DNA of 64,000 nucleotides from Amphiscolops sp. MND2022 (taxonomy: Eukaryota): the NCBI GenBank assembly GCA_964187785.1, contig OZ076409.1:66032001-66096000 (forward strand), written 5' to 3'. Position numbers and translations under genes: made by a program. Positions 62,157-64,000 of this stretch are shown one piece after another; positions within the stretch are counted from its first letter, which is position 1; the number at the start of each line of letters is the position of its first letter. The notes beneath the pieces were generated by a model that was given only the letters and a program-made list of their open reading frames with translations, was not told the origin of the DNA and ran no database searches.

Positions 62157-64000
62157 TGTGTGTGATTGCGGAAGGCGGTCGAGGTGTGAGTCAACAACAC
62201 GAGAAGCAAGAGACTGTTGAAAGCGAGTGTTCAATAAAACTTCATATACAGTGAAAGGCGTGCTTCATCGGCAGTTATACGAAAAACAACGAATATCTCT
62301 GGTTCCAAGCAAGGGGTCGGAATTCCGTGAAGAACTGAAACCAAATGACCGTGGGTTCCACGTTACGATTCTGCAGTGAACTCATTTGGACAAAATTTCG
62401 AGTGTCCTCAACAGACCCGAAATGGAAATTTCAATAGCCGCTTGGTCAAGATTCAGAAAACAATCCCCTTAAATTTCAGAGTTGCTTTGTTGCGTTGAAG
62501 AAAGACGTCTTCAATCAAAACAAATCTAACTCAAATGTTCTTTCCCATCACAAATTTGCGTTATATTTGTCCCAGCTGAAAATAATTGAGTTTTTATGTG
62601 TAGTCTTTTTGGACAGAATCTAACTCGCTAGCGAAACATGAGAAAGCAGCCGTTGAGTATTATGATCCTGGAAACCGTTAACATTCGATCCGCCCGTTTT
62701 TGACTTGGGTTCAAAGCAGTTTCATTTTGTGTCATTTTGAGAAAAGTACAAATACAGTGACTTGATACACTTCGGTACCAAAACGTTCAAAGAGTTCAAT
62801 AACGAAAATTTTCAAGCGCAGTCCTTCAAATTTCGATCAGAATATTACAACAGTATTTTTGAAAGCGAATAAAAGTTATATCATTTGGCACATTGAATTT
62901 TGACATTTTTCGAAAAGTTTCATGCATGACTCTTCTATAACTTGCATATAACATTTTCTGAAAACGTTCGAGATATGACACCGCAAAATGCGGATATTAA
63001 ATTTTGATTCCGTAAAGTTATTACATTAGTTCACTGAAAGCTTTGATAATCAAAAGGATGGATGCAAGGAGTCATCACTCCCTAGTATTTTTTACTCGAA
63101 TCCAGAGGTTTATTCTTCATTGAAGTGACAAAATTAATTGTCCAAGATTTGAGTCCTTTGCACTTTTTTGCATGAATTCGAACAAACTAATTCGAGGGAT
63201 TTTTTGGAAAACACCGTTAAACTTCCGGGTAATTCCCGCACTGAACTATTTCAGCAACAAACATTCAAAGAGTAAACCGTTTTACCTGATCTTCATTTCT
63301 TCATTTTTGGAAACCTTTCAGAGAAAAAATCAGCTGCCTTCATAAATACAAACGATACGGAAGACTTAAATACTTGCAGGAAAAAGTGCCATCATTTGAT
63401 ATATATTGAAGTTTGATGAAATAGAGAAGGAGATAGATTAAAATGGCACCAAGATCTAACTGATCAGGATTTCCTGCACTTGTTGTCCAGGACTCTATCA
63501 ATTAGACAGCTTCAATGCTGACACTGGACCACGTCACCGAAGATGCTGACGAGCAACAATGGTAAGTATATATTAACTATTTTCAGGAAAAAAAAACAGA
63601 AAAACAAAAAAATAAATTCTTTTGTTTTATTGACAATGAACTTGCTTTGTATCTTGAAATATTTGAATCAACAAACATCACCTTATTTATCTGAATTCTA
63701 GGATCCAGATTTTCTGGCTTGAAATAGCTGTACTGTATCCCCTTCAACGCCAGCTTCTCTCTGGTTTCTGATATTATATTTTGTTAACTGGTGATTGGAG
63801 AAACCAATAATAACATATCATTGGGCACTTACTGATTCTAAGCAATTTTTCAAAAGTTTAGATATTACCACAACTGCATATATGAAACGATTTTTCGTCG
63901 TTGATTTCTGTTGAAGGAACTCCATCTTCAGAGTATAGAATTGGAGTAAAGCAAATATGGTTTTTAAAAAACGCCGACAGATGATTTTTATTGAAAACAA

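Larger units (their letters stand above)
54134..64000 (+). repeat. Tandem triplication, ~3.37-kb unit (54134-57503, 57504-60871, 60872 to window end), containing the UPF3 last exon and 3' flank
   Basis: Homology starts at ACATAATGATG in each unit; periods 3370 and 3368 bp; high identity. Confidence 0.95.

Overview
Eukaryotic (animal-like, AT-rich, many ~70-nt GT-AG introns), transposon-dense window with one recognisable host gene. UPF3 (nonsense-mediated decay factor) lies on the + strand in 7 coding exons (46443-55418, ~656 aa). Its first exon sits in a 1861-bp tandem duplication and its last exon in a ~3.37-kb tandem triplication. The rest is mobile DNA. A decayed Ty3/Gypsy element (~2.1-10.2 kb, -) has a 3' extra ORF resembling an OARD1/TARG1-type macrodomain. 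A CRE-like non-LTR element (~31.3-39.0 kb, +) is interrupted by a 9-bp-TSD MITE, which is itself interrupted by a structurally complete 4.7-kb Gypsy element. A Penelope-like element, a second CRE-like element, several Helentron/HINE-like repeats and MITEs make up the remainder. Two items stand out. (i) The complete Gypsy element (33861-38586) has an intact SGNH-hydrolase ORF upstream of gag, no tRNA primer site but an LTR-complementary (self-priming-like) stem, and three tandem RNA hairpins before gag. (ii) The Penelope-like element has a PHD finger inserted inside its RT domain. All domain calls are by eye from motifs; no searches were run.
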